Shown here piece after piece: positions 24,017 to 33,230 of a stretch of 64,000 nt of DNA. The first letter of the stretch is position 1. Every line of letters begins with the position of its first letter. The notes below the pieces were generated by a model. The model saw nothing but the letters and a program-made list of their open reading frames with translations. It made no database searches and was not told where the DNA came from. Origin of the DNA: Clostridia bacterium. Lineage in GTDB: Bacteria > Bacillota > Clostridia > Oscillospirales > CAG-272. Position numbers and translations under genes: made by a program. The stretch covers positions 9,910-73,909 of the forward strand of contig JAFXJX010000090.1 in assembly GCA_017532025.1 (NCBI GenBank), given 5' to 3'.

Positions 24017-24802
24017 TTATTCAATGACAGTTGTACCGTAGTTGCTGAACGTCCAAGTCGTAATGCCTGACGTTTCGGTAACTATTCCCAACTCCATCTT
24101 CTGCGAATAGTCGCAGACAAGCTTCACAAGGCTTCCGTCGGCAGAAAGCTCTACCGTTGCTTCTCGCATTTCAATCACGGCAGGCACATCAAATATCTCT
24201 GTAATCGTTCCGTTCCCCGAGAGTGAAACTGCTTTCAGCACAATATCCATACTTACCGTGTTGGCAACCTTGTAAGTACCCGATGCGGCATCGTAAACAA
24301 AATTATCGTAATCGGAAAGCAATGCGAGAAAAATTTGCTCATATTGAATCTTGTGCGCCTTAGCAACATCGCCTTCGAACAAAAGCGTTACCTTGTCGGA
24401 AGCGGATGAATCTTCGTCTTCGGCATACATTTCCGCCAGCACCTTGTCTGCTGTTACCTTAACCGTTTCTTTCACGTTGTTTTCGACCGCCGATTCCCCG
24501 TTTTGCGTCACAGTCATCGCACCTTCCAGCGAAAGGGTGTAGTTTTCAAACTTAGCAGCAGAAAGCATCGCTTCCCATGCAGGACGGCTTATGCTTTCCG
24601 GCTGAGACGTGGTCACAGGTGCTTTTGTGGTCACGGGTGTTTCTGTTGTTGTATCAAGCACCTCCTTGATCGTTGTCGGTGCGGTGGTTTCGGCAGGGGT
24701 TGTTGCATCGGCTTCTTTTGTGGTAACAGCACTTTCATCCCCGCAGGAAACAAGAACAGACAATACAAGAACGGCAATCAAAACCATCAAAATACGTTTC
24801 AT
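24017..24802 (-). CDS. Hypothetical lipoprotein with a Thr-rich stalk
   Basis: MKRILMVLIAVLVLSVLVSC lipobox and a T/P/A-rich linker. It lies 30 nt downstream of gene 24833..26371 on the same strand. Confidence 0.75.
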   Translation of the reverse strand: MKRILMVLIAVLVLSVLVSCGDESAVTTKEADATTPAETTAPTTIKEVLDTTTETPVTTKAPVTTSQPESISRPAWEAMLSAAKFENYTLSLEGAMTVTQNGESAVENNVKETVKVTADKVLAEMYAEDEDSSASDKVTLLFEGDVAKAHKIQYEQIFLALLSDYDNFVYDAASGTYKVANTVSMDIVLKAVSLSGNGTITEIFDVPAVIEMREATVELSADGSLVKLVCDYSQKMELGIVTETSGITTWTFSNYGTTVIE

Positions 24803-24832
24803 AAAGAATCCTTTTCACTCGTGTTTTGTGAA

Positions 24833-26371
24833 TTACTTATTCTGCAGAAGAATCAGCTCGGAGAACTGGTAAAGACTTCCGCTGTTGAAGTTTTTGGTCA
24901 CGGTGAGTTTATAGTGCTGATAGGCAGCGGGATTTTCAATCACAAAAACGTCCGAAACGGTTCTGAGCTCTTTGGGAAGATTGCCCTTAGTCACCACCGA
25001 GATTGCCACCCATTCCTCGTCCTCGCTGTTTCTCGCATACAGCGTCCACGCATCGGGATTGCGGTCAAGCGCATCGTTGGCGGTTGAGATAGCATACGCT
25101 TCCACGCGCACAGCTTCAGTCATGCTCCAAGTCATGGTCACAGACTTATCCGATGCTGTGGGGCTGACGCACCACTTGGTGGTAATATCGTTATCAAGCG
25201 CGAGTTGTACGCGGTTGGATTCTTTCATTCCCTCATCACCGTCAACTGTCGCTTGGTCGATTTTATCGTACAGCGTGTTGTAATTGAGAAGCGGGTCGGG
25301 TCTTTCAGGCTCTTTGGGAAGCTCGGGGGCTGTGCCGTAATAAGTAACCTGCGCGCGGATCGTGCGTTCGGTTTCAAGTCTTGTGCCGTCAACCGTCGCT
25401 TTGCTCTTGGCAATGATGTATTGGCTGTACGCATCCGTATCGCTGATCACAAGCTCGCGGAAGCCCCAGAAAGATTCCTTGGCAGAATCCTTGAAGTACG
25501 CAAAATTGCCTGTCTGTGCAATCGTTTTGTTGCCCCATGCCGCGCCAAGCTCAATGATGGCAGTCTTGTGAGTGTGACCTGAGAAAAGACCCTTGATACG
25601 GTCATTTTCCTTCACAAGCTTTCTGAAAGCAGCGCTTTCCTTCGCGGTATCAAAGTGGTGTGCCACAAGGTACACGTCGCAGTCGGGGTAGGTTTCCAGC
25701 AAGCCTTTCACATAGTCCATATCAACGCCGGTATAAACGCCGTCGTGATGATAGTCAGGGTCAAGCTCGCCGCCAAAGGTATCAAGACAAATGAAGAGTC
25801 TGCCGCCCACAAACATATAGCCTTGGCGGTTGTTGCCTGTCAAAGCAAGCCAATCTTCATTCGAATATTGCTCGTGATTACCGGGAATGATGAAAACCGG
25901 AATCTCATCGGGAAGCTGAGAGAGATACTCGTTGATAAAAATCTGACTTGTGGCTCTGTCTTTGCCGTATTTCACGACCGAGCCGCCGCTGATCCAATAG
26001 TCAAGCGAAATATCGCCGTTAATAATGAGAAGGTCGATCGGATTTTCGGCGTGCTCCGCAAGAATTGTATCTACCCAATGCTGGATTCTGGTACGAAAGC
26101 GGACATTGTACCATTCCTGCAGATTGGTGCAGTGAATATCCGAAGAAATGATCACGCGAAGCTCCCCGTCGTCCGCATCGGTATCCGGCGTGGTTTCGGG
26201 GGTTGTCACAGGGGTTGTGATAACCGTTGTGACGGGTGTGGTGGCAACTGTTTTGGCAGGCGTAGTTTCAGCTTCAGTAGCCGCAGGTGTGGTGGTAACC
26301 GATTCTTTGCCGCAAGCGGAACACATACCGATCAGAAGCATTAAAATCAAAAGAAAACAAAATTTTTTCAT
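24833..26371 (-). CDS. Lipoprotein with a metallophosphoesterase domain and a C-terminal F5/8 type C (discoidin) domain
   Basis: Lipobox LIGMCSAC and a Thr/Pro linker. Motifs are SDIHC, GDIS, GNHEQ and GHTH. The C-terminus LDNDITTKWC...NPDAWTLYARNSEDEEWV...YQFSELILL is discoidin-like. Confidence 0.85.
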   Translation of the reverse strand: MKKFCFLLILMLLIGMCSACGKESVTTTPAATEAETTPAKTVATTPVTTVITTPVTTPETTPDTDADDGELRVIISSDIHCTNLQEWYNVRFRTRIQHWVDTILAEHAENPIDLLIINGDISLDYWISGGSVVKYGKDRATSQIFINEYLSQLPDEIPVFIIPGNHEQYSNEDWLALTGNNRQGYMFVGGRLFICLDTFGGELDPDYHHDGVYTGVDMDYVKGLLETYPDCDVYLVAHHFDTAKESAAFRKLVKENDRIKGLFSGHTHKTAIIELGAAWGNKTIAQTGNFAYFKDSAKESFWGFRELVISDTDAYSQYIIAKSKATVDGTRLETERTIRAQVTYYGTAPELPKEPERPDPLLNYNTLYDKIDQATVDGDEGMKESNRVQLALDNDITTKWCVSPTASDKSVTMTWSMTEAVRVEAYAISTANDALDRNPDAWTLYARNSEDEEWVAISVVTKGNLPKELRTVSDVFVIENPAAYQHYKLTVTKNFNSGSLYQFSELILLQNK

Positions 26372-26455
26372 ATCCGTTCCCCCAAATTATTTCGTTGGTT
26401 TTATTTTAGCACGAACACTTCCATAAAGCAAGAGAGATTTTCAAAAACACTTTTC

Positions 26456-28847
26456 TCACTCGGCAAAACGGTACTTGGTCTTGATGCGGTCGGTCTTTTC
26501 CAAAATCGGCAGAGCGGCAACAAACAAAACAAGAGCCGTTGCCGCCGCATGAATCAGGTCAGGCACAAGCCCCGTAATGTAATAACCAAGCAAAACCTCA
26601 AAAGACAAAATCTCGCTTGATGCCATCAAAGCGGCGGCAGGGTTCATAATACCGCCGTAAATCACAAGCGCCGAGAATATGCCGAAGATAGCAAGGAGCC
26701 ATCTTGACCGACCTTTGCGGAACAAAACACCTGCCAAAAAGCCAATCATGCCCATAGCAAACATCTGAAACGGCGTCCACGGGCCTTGCCCAAAGAGCAT
26801 ATTGGAAAGAAGCATGGTCAAAGCCCCCACCAAAAAGCCGCTTTCACCGCCAAGAGCAACCCCCGCAACAATCACGATTGCAAGCGTGGGCTTAGCGTGC
26901 GGAAGCCAAAGGAAAAGTCCTCTGCCTGTAATGCCGAGCGCACAGAATACCGCAATCACCACAAGCTCCCGAGCCGCAGGCTTTCTGCCCTCAAACATCA
27001 CAAAAAAAGGGAGCATACATTCAAACAAAACCGCAAGGGCGACCAGATTATAGTGGCGGTTTTCAAAGAAAAAACAGCCTGCCCAAAGCGTAAGCGGAAC
27101 AAGAAGCAATACAGCGAGCGACACCGCCCATGCTTTTTTGTTCAGCTTTCGTTTGGGCGCGGAAGGTGTTTTGGGGTCTGACATATCATCAAACGGCGGC
27201 AAATCTTTTTTGTTCTCACTTTCAAAGGATTCTCCGCCACAGCAAGCAATCAGATCCTCCACTGTAAGCGCTTTCGAAATCAAGTGGCGCGCCATGCGGT
27301 TGGCAGGCGTGGTATAAAAGCTGTTGCCTGCCAAAAAGTCTCTTGCCGTCCCTTCGGCAACCAAAGCACCGTCAAAAAAGAGACCGCAACGGTCGGCATA
27401 TTCGGCGCAAAAAGCCAAGTCGTGACTCACAAGCAAGAGAGAAACGCCCTCTTGGGCAAGGGTGTTGAGAATCTCGCCAAAGTCTTTTTTGAATGCCGCA
27501 TCAAAGCCCTTGGTCGGCTCGTCGAGCAGCAAAATCTTCGGGGCAACCAAAAACAGCTTGGCAAGAGCAGCACGCTGCTGCTCGCCGCCCGAAAGGTCGT
27601 ATGGATGGCGATCAAGAACAGACGAAAGCGAGCAAAGCGCTACTACTTTTTCCACGCGACGCGCTTTTTCATCCCGCGTCAGCGCTTTGCCAACAAACGC
27701 CTCGTACAAATCTTCTTTGACCGAGGATTTCACAAACAAGCTTTGCGGATTCTGCGGCAGTACCGCCACCGAGCGATCGACTGTTACTTTGCCGCGCTGA
27801 GGCTTTTTCAAGCCTGCGAGCAGTTTTAAGGCGGTGGATTTCCCCGCCCCATTGCCGCCGAGCATGGCGTAGATTTCTCCCTCATGAAGCGAAAAGGAAA
27901 AATCCTTGATTACGTCAGGCGTATTTTTGTCATAGCGAAACCAAAGATGCTCACAGCAAAGAACCGCTTTGCCTTTTTCTTTTGATTTTTCCTCGGCAAG
28001 CGGCAAGAGCGACTTTGTTTCGTGATACGCACTCAAAAAAGAAGAGCCTTCGCGCACACTCACAGGGCAAGGCAGTGCAGTTTCCACACTCGCCCACACG
28101 CGCATGGCAGTGGGCATTGCCAAAAACATGGGGCTTCGTTCTTGTTTCAATAAAAGTCCCACCTCTTTGGGCGTGCCGTCACAAACAACGGCGCCGTCTG
28201 CCATCACCACAGCGCGCGTGGCAAAGGGAAACGCTTCTTCCAAGCGATGCTCCGACAGAATCACGGTAACGCCAAGCTCTCGGTTGATCTTACCGAGAAG
28301 AGAAAGAAATTCCGATGCGGCAATCGGGTCAAGCTGAGCCGTCGGCTCGTCAAGCACCAAAATGTCAGGACCCATCGCCATCACAGATGCCAGGTTCAAA
28401 AGCTGTTTTTCGCCTCCCGAAAGCGTGCTGACATCACGGTAAAACCAATCGTCAATCCCAAAAAAAGACGCCGTTTCTGCCACACGGCGACGGATGGTAG
28501 GAGTATCATAGCCAAGGCTTTCAAGACCGAACGCAAGCTCATGCCACACCTTGTCTGTAACAATCTGATTGTCAGGAGACTGCATCACAAATCCAATGGT
28601 TTGCGCCTGTTCTCTTTCGCTTAGTGAAGCAAGCGGCTTGCCTTTGTATAAAATCTCGCCCGAAAGCACACCCTTAGGTGCCAAACAGCTTTTCAGGTGG
28701 CGAAGCAAGGTGGATTTCCCACAGCCCGAAATGCCGCAAAGGACGAGAAACTCTCCCCCGTTAACCGAAAAAGAAAGCTTCTTCAGGGCGGGCTTTGTTT
28801 CATTCGGGTAGAAAAAAACTCACATCCCGGAATACAAACAGTTCCAT
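26456..28847 (-). CDS. ECF transporter fusion of a duplicated ATPase (EcfA-EcfA') and a C-terminal S-component-like membrane domain. It is frameshifted near the 5' end.
   Basis: Two Walker A/B plus LSGG sets, then about 6 TM helices. The ATG at 28847 (RBS GGAAGGAGA) encodes MELFVFRDVSFF, then falls out of frame at the T7 run (plus-strand A7, 28812-28818). The long frame resumes with YPNETKPALKKLSFSVNGGEFLVLCGISGCGKST. Confidence 0.8.
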
Positions 28848-29716
28848 GTGATTGTCTCCTTCCAATTCAAAAAGAGGGTGGTGGCGCACAAGGCGAAATA
28901 CACAATGTAAAAAGGAAGCATCCAAAGATCAAACGAAGGATAGCCTATGCGCGGAAAAAACCGAAAATCAAAAACCGAAAGCAACACGCCCACGACAAGC
29001 AGCACAAAACAAAGCAAACACCAAAGCAGAAGCCACACGTCCGATGCTCTCATGTGGTAAAGCGAAAAAGCCGATCTCCCCTTTAATCCGTATCCGCGGC
29101 TTTTCATGCTGTCTGCCGTATCGATGGCATTTTCCAGCGACCAGGATACCATTACCGAAAGAATCGCACCAAGCGTTTTGAGACGGGCAAAAAGACTGCC
29201 CGCAGCAATATCTCTCCCCATGCTCTTTTGCGCTTCGACCACCTGCTTGAACTGATGGGTAAAGCGAGGCACAAAGCCAAGCGCCATACTCAAAACCAAG
29301 GAAAGTGATGGGGTCACGCGACCAAACAGATAGATAAATTTGTCGCTCGTCATCACTCTGCCAAACAGCAAAAACCAAATCAGAACCGTCACCGTCATCA
29401 CGCCTGCCGAGCATCCGTAAAGCAAACTTTCGAGTGTGATCGGCTTGCCCTCGCCGATATACAAAAGCACCGTAGCCCCCGCGGGATTGAACAAAGGATT
29501 CAGAAGTGCGCTCAAAAACAAAATCGGCAACGACAGCTTGAAAAGAAAGGCAATCTCCTTGCCTGTGCTTGTGAAAAGATAGGAAAACAGCGCGGAAAAG
29601 AGCGCAATTCCCTGCGCTGCAGGATGCGTCAAGACGAGCGAAAACCCAATCGTCAGCGAAAAAAACACAAAATTCACAAACGGATGGTAACGCATGAACA
29701 CGTCTTTTTCTTTCAT
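28820..29716 (-). CDS. ecfT: ECF transporter transmembrane (T) component, CbiQ/EcfT family
   Basis: Multi-TM protein with ...EAQKSMGRDIAAGSLFARLKTLGAILSVMVSWSLENAIDTADSMKSRGYG, typical of EcfT. Start is at MKEKDV after GGGAGGTGAGG. Confidence 0.8.
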   Translation of the reverse strand: MKEKDVFMRYHPFVNFVFFSLTIGFSLVLTHPAAQGIALFSALFSYLFTSTGKEIAFLFKLSLPILFLSALLNPLFNPAGATVLLYIGEGKPITLESLLYGCSAGVMTVTVLIWFLLFGRVMTSDKFIYLFGRVTPSLSLVLSMALGFVPRFTHQFKQVVEAQKSMGRDIAAGSLFARLKTLGAILSVMVSWSLENAIDTADSMKSRGYGLKGRSAFSLYHMRASDVWLLLWCLLCFVLLVVGVLLSVFDFRFFPRIGYPSFDLWMLPFYIVYFALCATTLFLNWKETITWNCLYSGM

Positions 29717-29779
29717 TTCCTCACCTCCCAAAACAAAAAGCGCTTTTTCACGGCAAAATGTAAAAAAGCGCAGCAATTC

Positions 29780-29970
29780 TGTTGGTCAAAACAAATCTTG
29801 ACCAACCAAAACGGCTGCACTTTTCATGTCCAAAAATGGCAAAACCCTCGCTTGTTTTGGGAGTATTCCGACTGATGAGACAATCTCAATCACGGTAATG
29901 ACGGTTGCGACGGATTTTCACCGAACTTCCCTCTCATCCGCGCCAAAAGCGGACCAAAACAGCGCCTTGA
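29780..29970 (-). promoter_or_regulatory. Candidate cobalamin (B12) riboswitch in the ECF operon leader
   Basis: Minus strand reads GATGAGAGGGAAGTTCGGTGAAAATCCGTCGCAACCGTCATTACCGTG...TCTCATCAGTCGGAATACTCCC. It has a GGGAA..GGTGAAAATCC core, a CGCAaCcGT segment, a B12-box-like AGTCGGAATACTCC and a closing GATGAGA/TCTCATC helix. Hairpins follow that end in T-runs. Confidence 0.55.
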
Positions 29971-30003
29971 TTCAATTTTATGTGGAAAACTCCACGCAAG
30001 GAC

Positions 30004-30032
30004 AGTGTATCACGTTTTGCTCCTTTTGTCAA
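30004..30032 (-). promoter_or_regulatory. Promoter of the riboswitch-ECF operon (TTGACA-17-TACACT)
   Basis: Minus strand reads TTGACAaaaggagcaaaacgtgaTACACT, about 40 nt upstream of the riboswitch core. Confidence 0.5.
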
Positions 30033-30067
30033 TCCTTCTTTTTTCTCTGCGCCAAGTGGCAACACTA

Positions 30068-30096
30068 TTGACTTTTTTCACAAAAAAAGGTAAAAT
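30068..30096 (+). promoter_or_regulatory. Promoter of gene 30138 (TTGACT-17-TAAAAT)
   Basis: TTGACT at 30068-30073, a 17-nt spacer, and TAAAAT at 30091-30096. Confidence 0.55.
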
Positions 30097-30137
30097 AACA
30101 GTACAATTGTGAAAAATCCTCCCAAGGAGTACTGTAT

Positions 30138-32174
30138 ATGAAAAGATTCTGCTTGTGTTTATCGGTTTTTCTGCTTGTTTTGTTTCTGTTTGCCTCCTGC
30201 TCCTGCGGCGGTGAAGAAACACCTCAAAACAGCGAAGAAACCACAGCGCCGATTTCTCCCTCTGTTACAGCAACCACCACCGACCCCAACAACCCAACAA
30301 CACCCGCATCCACCGCCCCAACCACACGCCCCCGTCCTGTAACCCAACCGACCGAAAGTTCAAACAAACCGTCCAACACAACCACGCCGCAAAGCTCACA
30401 AAAGCCGGCTCTGCCCACCTTGCCGAATGATGTTTGCCTGAACGATCTTGAAAAAATGGCAATCAAGGCGTTGGCGTTTGAAAAGCCCGAGGATTTTTCG
30501 GGAGATATCTGCATTACCTATGTCTTCAACGACAATGCTGCCAACCTTGACAAAACCGTGCTCGAGGGCATGGAAAACAAAACCGTTTCTGCCGCTCTCC
30601 GCGTGAATGGCACACTCTATCCCATCACCGATTATCAAAGATCAGGCGTGTATCTTCGCCTGAACGCCGAAAAAGCAGGCGTATTGCTTGTAAAAGGCGT
30701 TGCTTACTCGGTATCTCTTGAGTTTTACGATACGAACAATTCCCTTCTCTGCTATTCGCGCGCAGAACTGCTTGCCACACCCTTCAGCACCAAAAAAACA
30801 CCCGAGCGCAAGCCGTTGACAGTTACCCTGCCCACAGAGGGTCTTAACAAGGCGTCGGTCAACAAAAACTCACTTTCCACAGACGGGTTTGAAATATGGG
30901 CAGGCAGCGTTGTGAATCTCTTTGACGACAACACCCGAACAAAATTCGGCATCACGGCGAAAGAAACCGTCCCCACCTTGTACTTTAACTTAACAAAAGC
31001 CGAAACCTTAACGCACTACACGGTTTACACCGCAAATGACACCGCAACCTATCCCGAGCGCAATCCCGCAGGTTGGCGCCTTTATGGCAAGGTGGGCGAA
31101 ATGTGGATGCTGCTTTCCAAAATAGAAAGCAACGCCACCCATGAGCCCGGCATCAAAGCCACCAATTCGGAAGCCTTTTCTTACGCCATCACCATGCCGC
31201 GCGAATGCCAAGAGTACAAGCTCGAATTCATTTTCACAGACCTCTCGATGCAGCTTGGTGAAATCACGCTGTACACCACCGAAGGCTTCTCGGTTTCCAC
31301 ACCCGACACAAGCGCAGGCAGCTTGCTGAACGGTATGCAAGGCGTACAAGTTGCGCTTTCGGGCTTCCGTTTGATCTCCGAGCTGCAAAATCACGTGGGT
31401 GTCGTTTACCACTTCACCGCAACAGATTCCCTTGACGATACCGTCCGCCAAGGTCTCCTGTCAGGTGATATGTTCGCCACGATCACTCTTGATAACACAA
31501 TTTACCAAATCAGCAATCACGTTTGGAACGGAGATTCTCTCTATCTCGACCTGCAATCTGCCGGCGCACCTGTTTTCTCGAACGTCAGCTATTCTGTTTC
31601 GCTCAGCATTTACAACGCGTCCGGTGAACGGCTCTATTATACCGCCGCCACCACCATGTCCTCACCTTACCAAACACCGAATCTTCCCGATCGCGTCGGT
31701 TTGAATACCACTCTGCCAAACAATCTTACCGAAGTGAAGGTGAACACCAACTCTGTGAAAACCGAAAACATCACCCATTGGGGCGACGGTGACCCCAAAC
31801 AGCTGTTTGACGGCAATGCTGACACCTCCAAAATCGGCGGTAACGTCAACGAAAGCGGCGAATTCACCCTCACCTTCTCGTTAAGAAGCCAAGCCACCCT
31901 CACCTACTACACCTTCTTCACCGGCAACGACACCCAAGACAACCCCGATCGTAACCCCCTCGGCTGGGTGCTGTACGGCAAGGTGAACGGCGAGTACCTG
32001 CTCCTTTCGGATATTCGTGAAACAGGCGCCTCCTACAGCGGACTCCAAGGGGTAAATGCAACGCCTTTCTCCTACAAGATCGAAAACCCGCAAAGCTGTT
32101 CTGAATACATGATCGTATTCCACACCAACGAAATGTTCCAGCTTAACGAAATGGTGCTGTATAAAGGCGCATAA
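30138..32174 (+). CDS. Lipoprotein with an internal duplication; each half ends in a discoidin-like (F5/8 type C) module
   Basis: Lipobox LFLFASCSC and a long T/P-rich linker. There are two homologous halves, e.g. NLFDDNTRTKFG...YTANDTATYPERNPAGWRLYGKVGEMWMLLS versus QLFDGNADTSKIG...FTGNDTQDNPDRNPLGWVLYGKVNGEYLLLS. Confidence 0.8.
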   Translation: MKRFCLCLSVFLLVLFLFASCSCGGEETPQNSEETTAPISPSVTATTTDPNNPTTPASTAPTTRPRPVTQPTESSNKPSNTTTPQSSQKPALPTLPNDVCLNDLEKMAIKALAFEKPEDFSGDICITYVFNDNAANLDKTVLEGMENKTVSAALRVNGTLYPITDYQRSGVYLRLNAEKAGVLLVKGVAYSVSLEFYDTNNSLLCYSRAELLATPFSTKKTPERKPLTVTLPTEGLNKASVNKNSLSTDGFEIWAGSVVNLFDDNTRTKFGITAKETVPTLYFNLTKAETLTHYTVYTANDTATYPERNPAGWRLYGKVGEMWMLLSKIESNATHEPGIKATNSEAFSYAITMPRECQEYKLEFIFTDLSMQLGEITLYTTEGFSVSTPDTSAGSLLNGMQGVQVALSGFRLISELQNHVGVVYHFTATDSLDDTVRQGLLSGDMFATITLDNTIYQISNHVWNGDSLYLDLQSAGAPVFSNVSYSVSLSIYNASGERLYYTAATTMSSPYQTPNLPDRVGLNTTLPNNLTEVKVNTNSVKTENITHWGDGDPKQLFDGNADTSKIGGNVNESGEFTLTFSLRSQATLTYYTFFTGNDTQDNPDRNPLGWVLYGKVNGEYLLLSDIRETGASYSGLQGVNATPFSYKIENPQSCSEYMIVFHTNEMFQLNEMVLYKGA

Positions 32175-32186
32175 CACAATCCATAC

Positions 32187-32225
32187 ACAAAAAGGAATTT
32201 CGCATTTTACGGAATTCCTTTTTGT
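32187..32225 (+). terminator. Rho-independent terminator of gene 30138..32174
   Basis: AAAAAGGAATT...GAATTCCTTTTT stem followed by a T-run. Confidence 0.7.
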
Positions 32226-32249
32226 GGTATAAAACAACGTTTTCGGTAC

Positions 32250-32309
32250 GCCACCAAGGGGTGGCTACACCTCATCCGTATTTGCCTATGGCAAATACGG
32301 ATGAGGTGT
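32250..32309. repeat. Two adjacent hairpins: a 6-bp GCCACC/GGTGGC hairpin and a perfect 20-bp-stem, 3-nt-loop palindrome
   Basis: GCCACCaaggGGTGGC (32250-32265), CTAC, then ACACCTCATCCGTATTTGCC-tat-GGCAAATACGGATGAGGTGT (32267-32309). Confidence 0.6.
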
Positions 32310-32330
32310 CAATATTATCTTATACAACAC

Positions 32331-32364
32331 AAAAAGGAATCTCGCGTTTGGCGAGATTCCTTTT
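32331..32364. terminator. Bidirectional terminator (serves minus gene 32383), paralogous to the 32187 hairpin
   Basis: AAAAGGAATCTCGC-gtttg-GCGAGATTCCTTTT. It shares the ACACAAAAAGGAAT.TCGC arm with 32187-32225. Confidence 0.7.
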
Positions 32365-32382
32365 GTGTTTAGCGTGACTTTA

Positions 32383-33099
32383 TTACTCGTCTTTTTCTAT
32401 GATTCCGTCAGAGCAGTGAATGTCACAATCCCATTCTGTTGTCTCATCTTCTCCGGTAGCTGCCAACCAAGCACTTTTGGTTCCGCCAAAATCAATCTTT
32501 TCAAGGTTATCATACGGAAATGCGTATTTTCCGATCGAAACTACGTTTTGAGAAACACTAACGGTCTTTAATAAAGAACAATCAGTCCAAACCCACATTC
32601 CAATGCTTGTTACGCTGTTCGGAATGGTAATACTCTCAAGAGACTCACATTCACCAAAAGCGCTATCACCAATCATGGTAATCCCATCGGGCAGATCAAC
32701 TGATTTCAAAGAAGTGCATCCCAAGAAAGTTTGACTCTCAATTACCGTGACCTTGTTGGGAATGGTGACGGAAGTCAGAGATTTACAATCTCTGAAAACA
32801 TTTTTTCCAATCGAGGTTACACTTTCGGGAATTGTGATAGAAACAAGATCGGGAAAATAGTAAGCAAATGCGGAATCGGCAATCGCAGTGACCGGCTTTC
32901 CGTCAATTGTTTCGGGAATGGTATAAGACGTTTCGGCATATCCCTTTTCCAAATTAATCAGAGTATAGCTCTTTCCATCCTCGCTTAACTCCCAAACAGC
33001 GCCGTCAATGAGCTCACGACCGCCTGAACAGGCGTTCAGTACAACAATCGCGCCAATCAACAACACAACAGTAATCGCTATTGCCAAAAATCTTTTCAT
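32383..33099 (-). CDS. Lipoprotein with BspA-type leucine-rich repeats
   Basis: Lipobox VVLNAC, then IPESVTSIGKNVFRDCKSLTSVTIPNKVTVIESQTFLGCTSLKSVDLPDGITMIGDSAFGECESLESITIP. Confidence 0.85.
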   Translation of the reverse strand: MKRFLAIAITVVLLIGAIVVLNACSGGRELIDGAVWELSEDGKSYTLINLEKGYAETSYTIPETIDGKPVTAIADSAFAYYFPDLVSITIPESVTSIGKNVFRDCKSLTSVTIPNKVTVIESQTFLGCTSLKSVDLPDGITMIGDSAFGECESLESITIPNSVTSIGMWVWTDCSLLKTVSVSQNVVSIGKYAFPYDNLEKIDFGGTKSAWLAATGEDETTEWDCDIHCSDGIIEKDE

Positions 33100-33230
33100 G
33101 TTTTCTTTCTCTCCTTATTTACTATTTTATTGGTATGAAAAAAAATTATATATGATTATTCTTGGTTTGTCAAGCGTTTTGCACCAATTTTGTGGTAAAC
33201 TAAAGTACAAAACTTGGTAGGAGGGCGAGT

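Noticed and set aside
28800-28822. Programmed +1 ribosomal frameshifting as the explanation for the ECF ATPase frame break.
   Set aside because: No stimulatory element (a rare or stop codon in the zero frame at the slip site, or an upstream SD-like sequence at the proper distance) is evident. A second homopolymer-linked frame break at 36998 makes indel error or mutation more parsimonious. It is kept only as a minor alternative in the finding.
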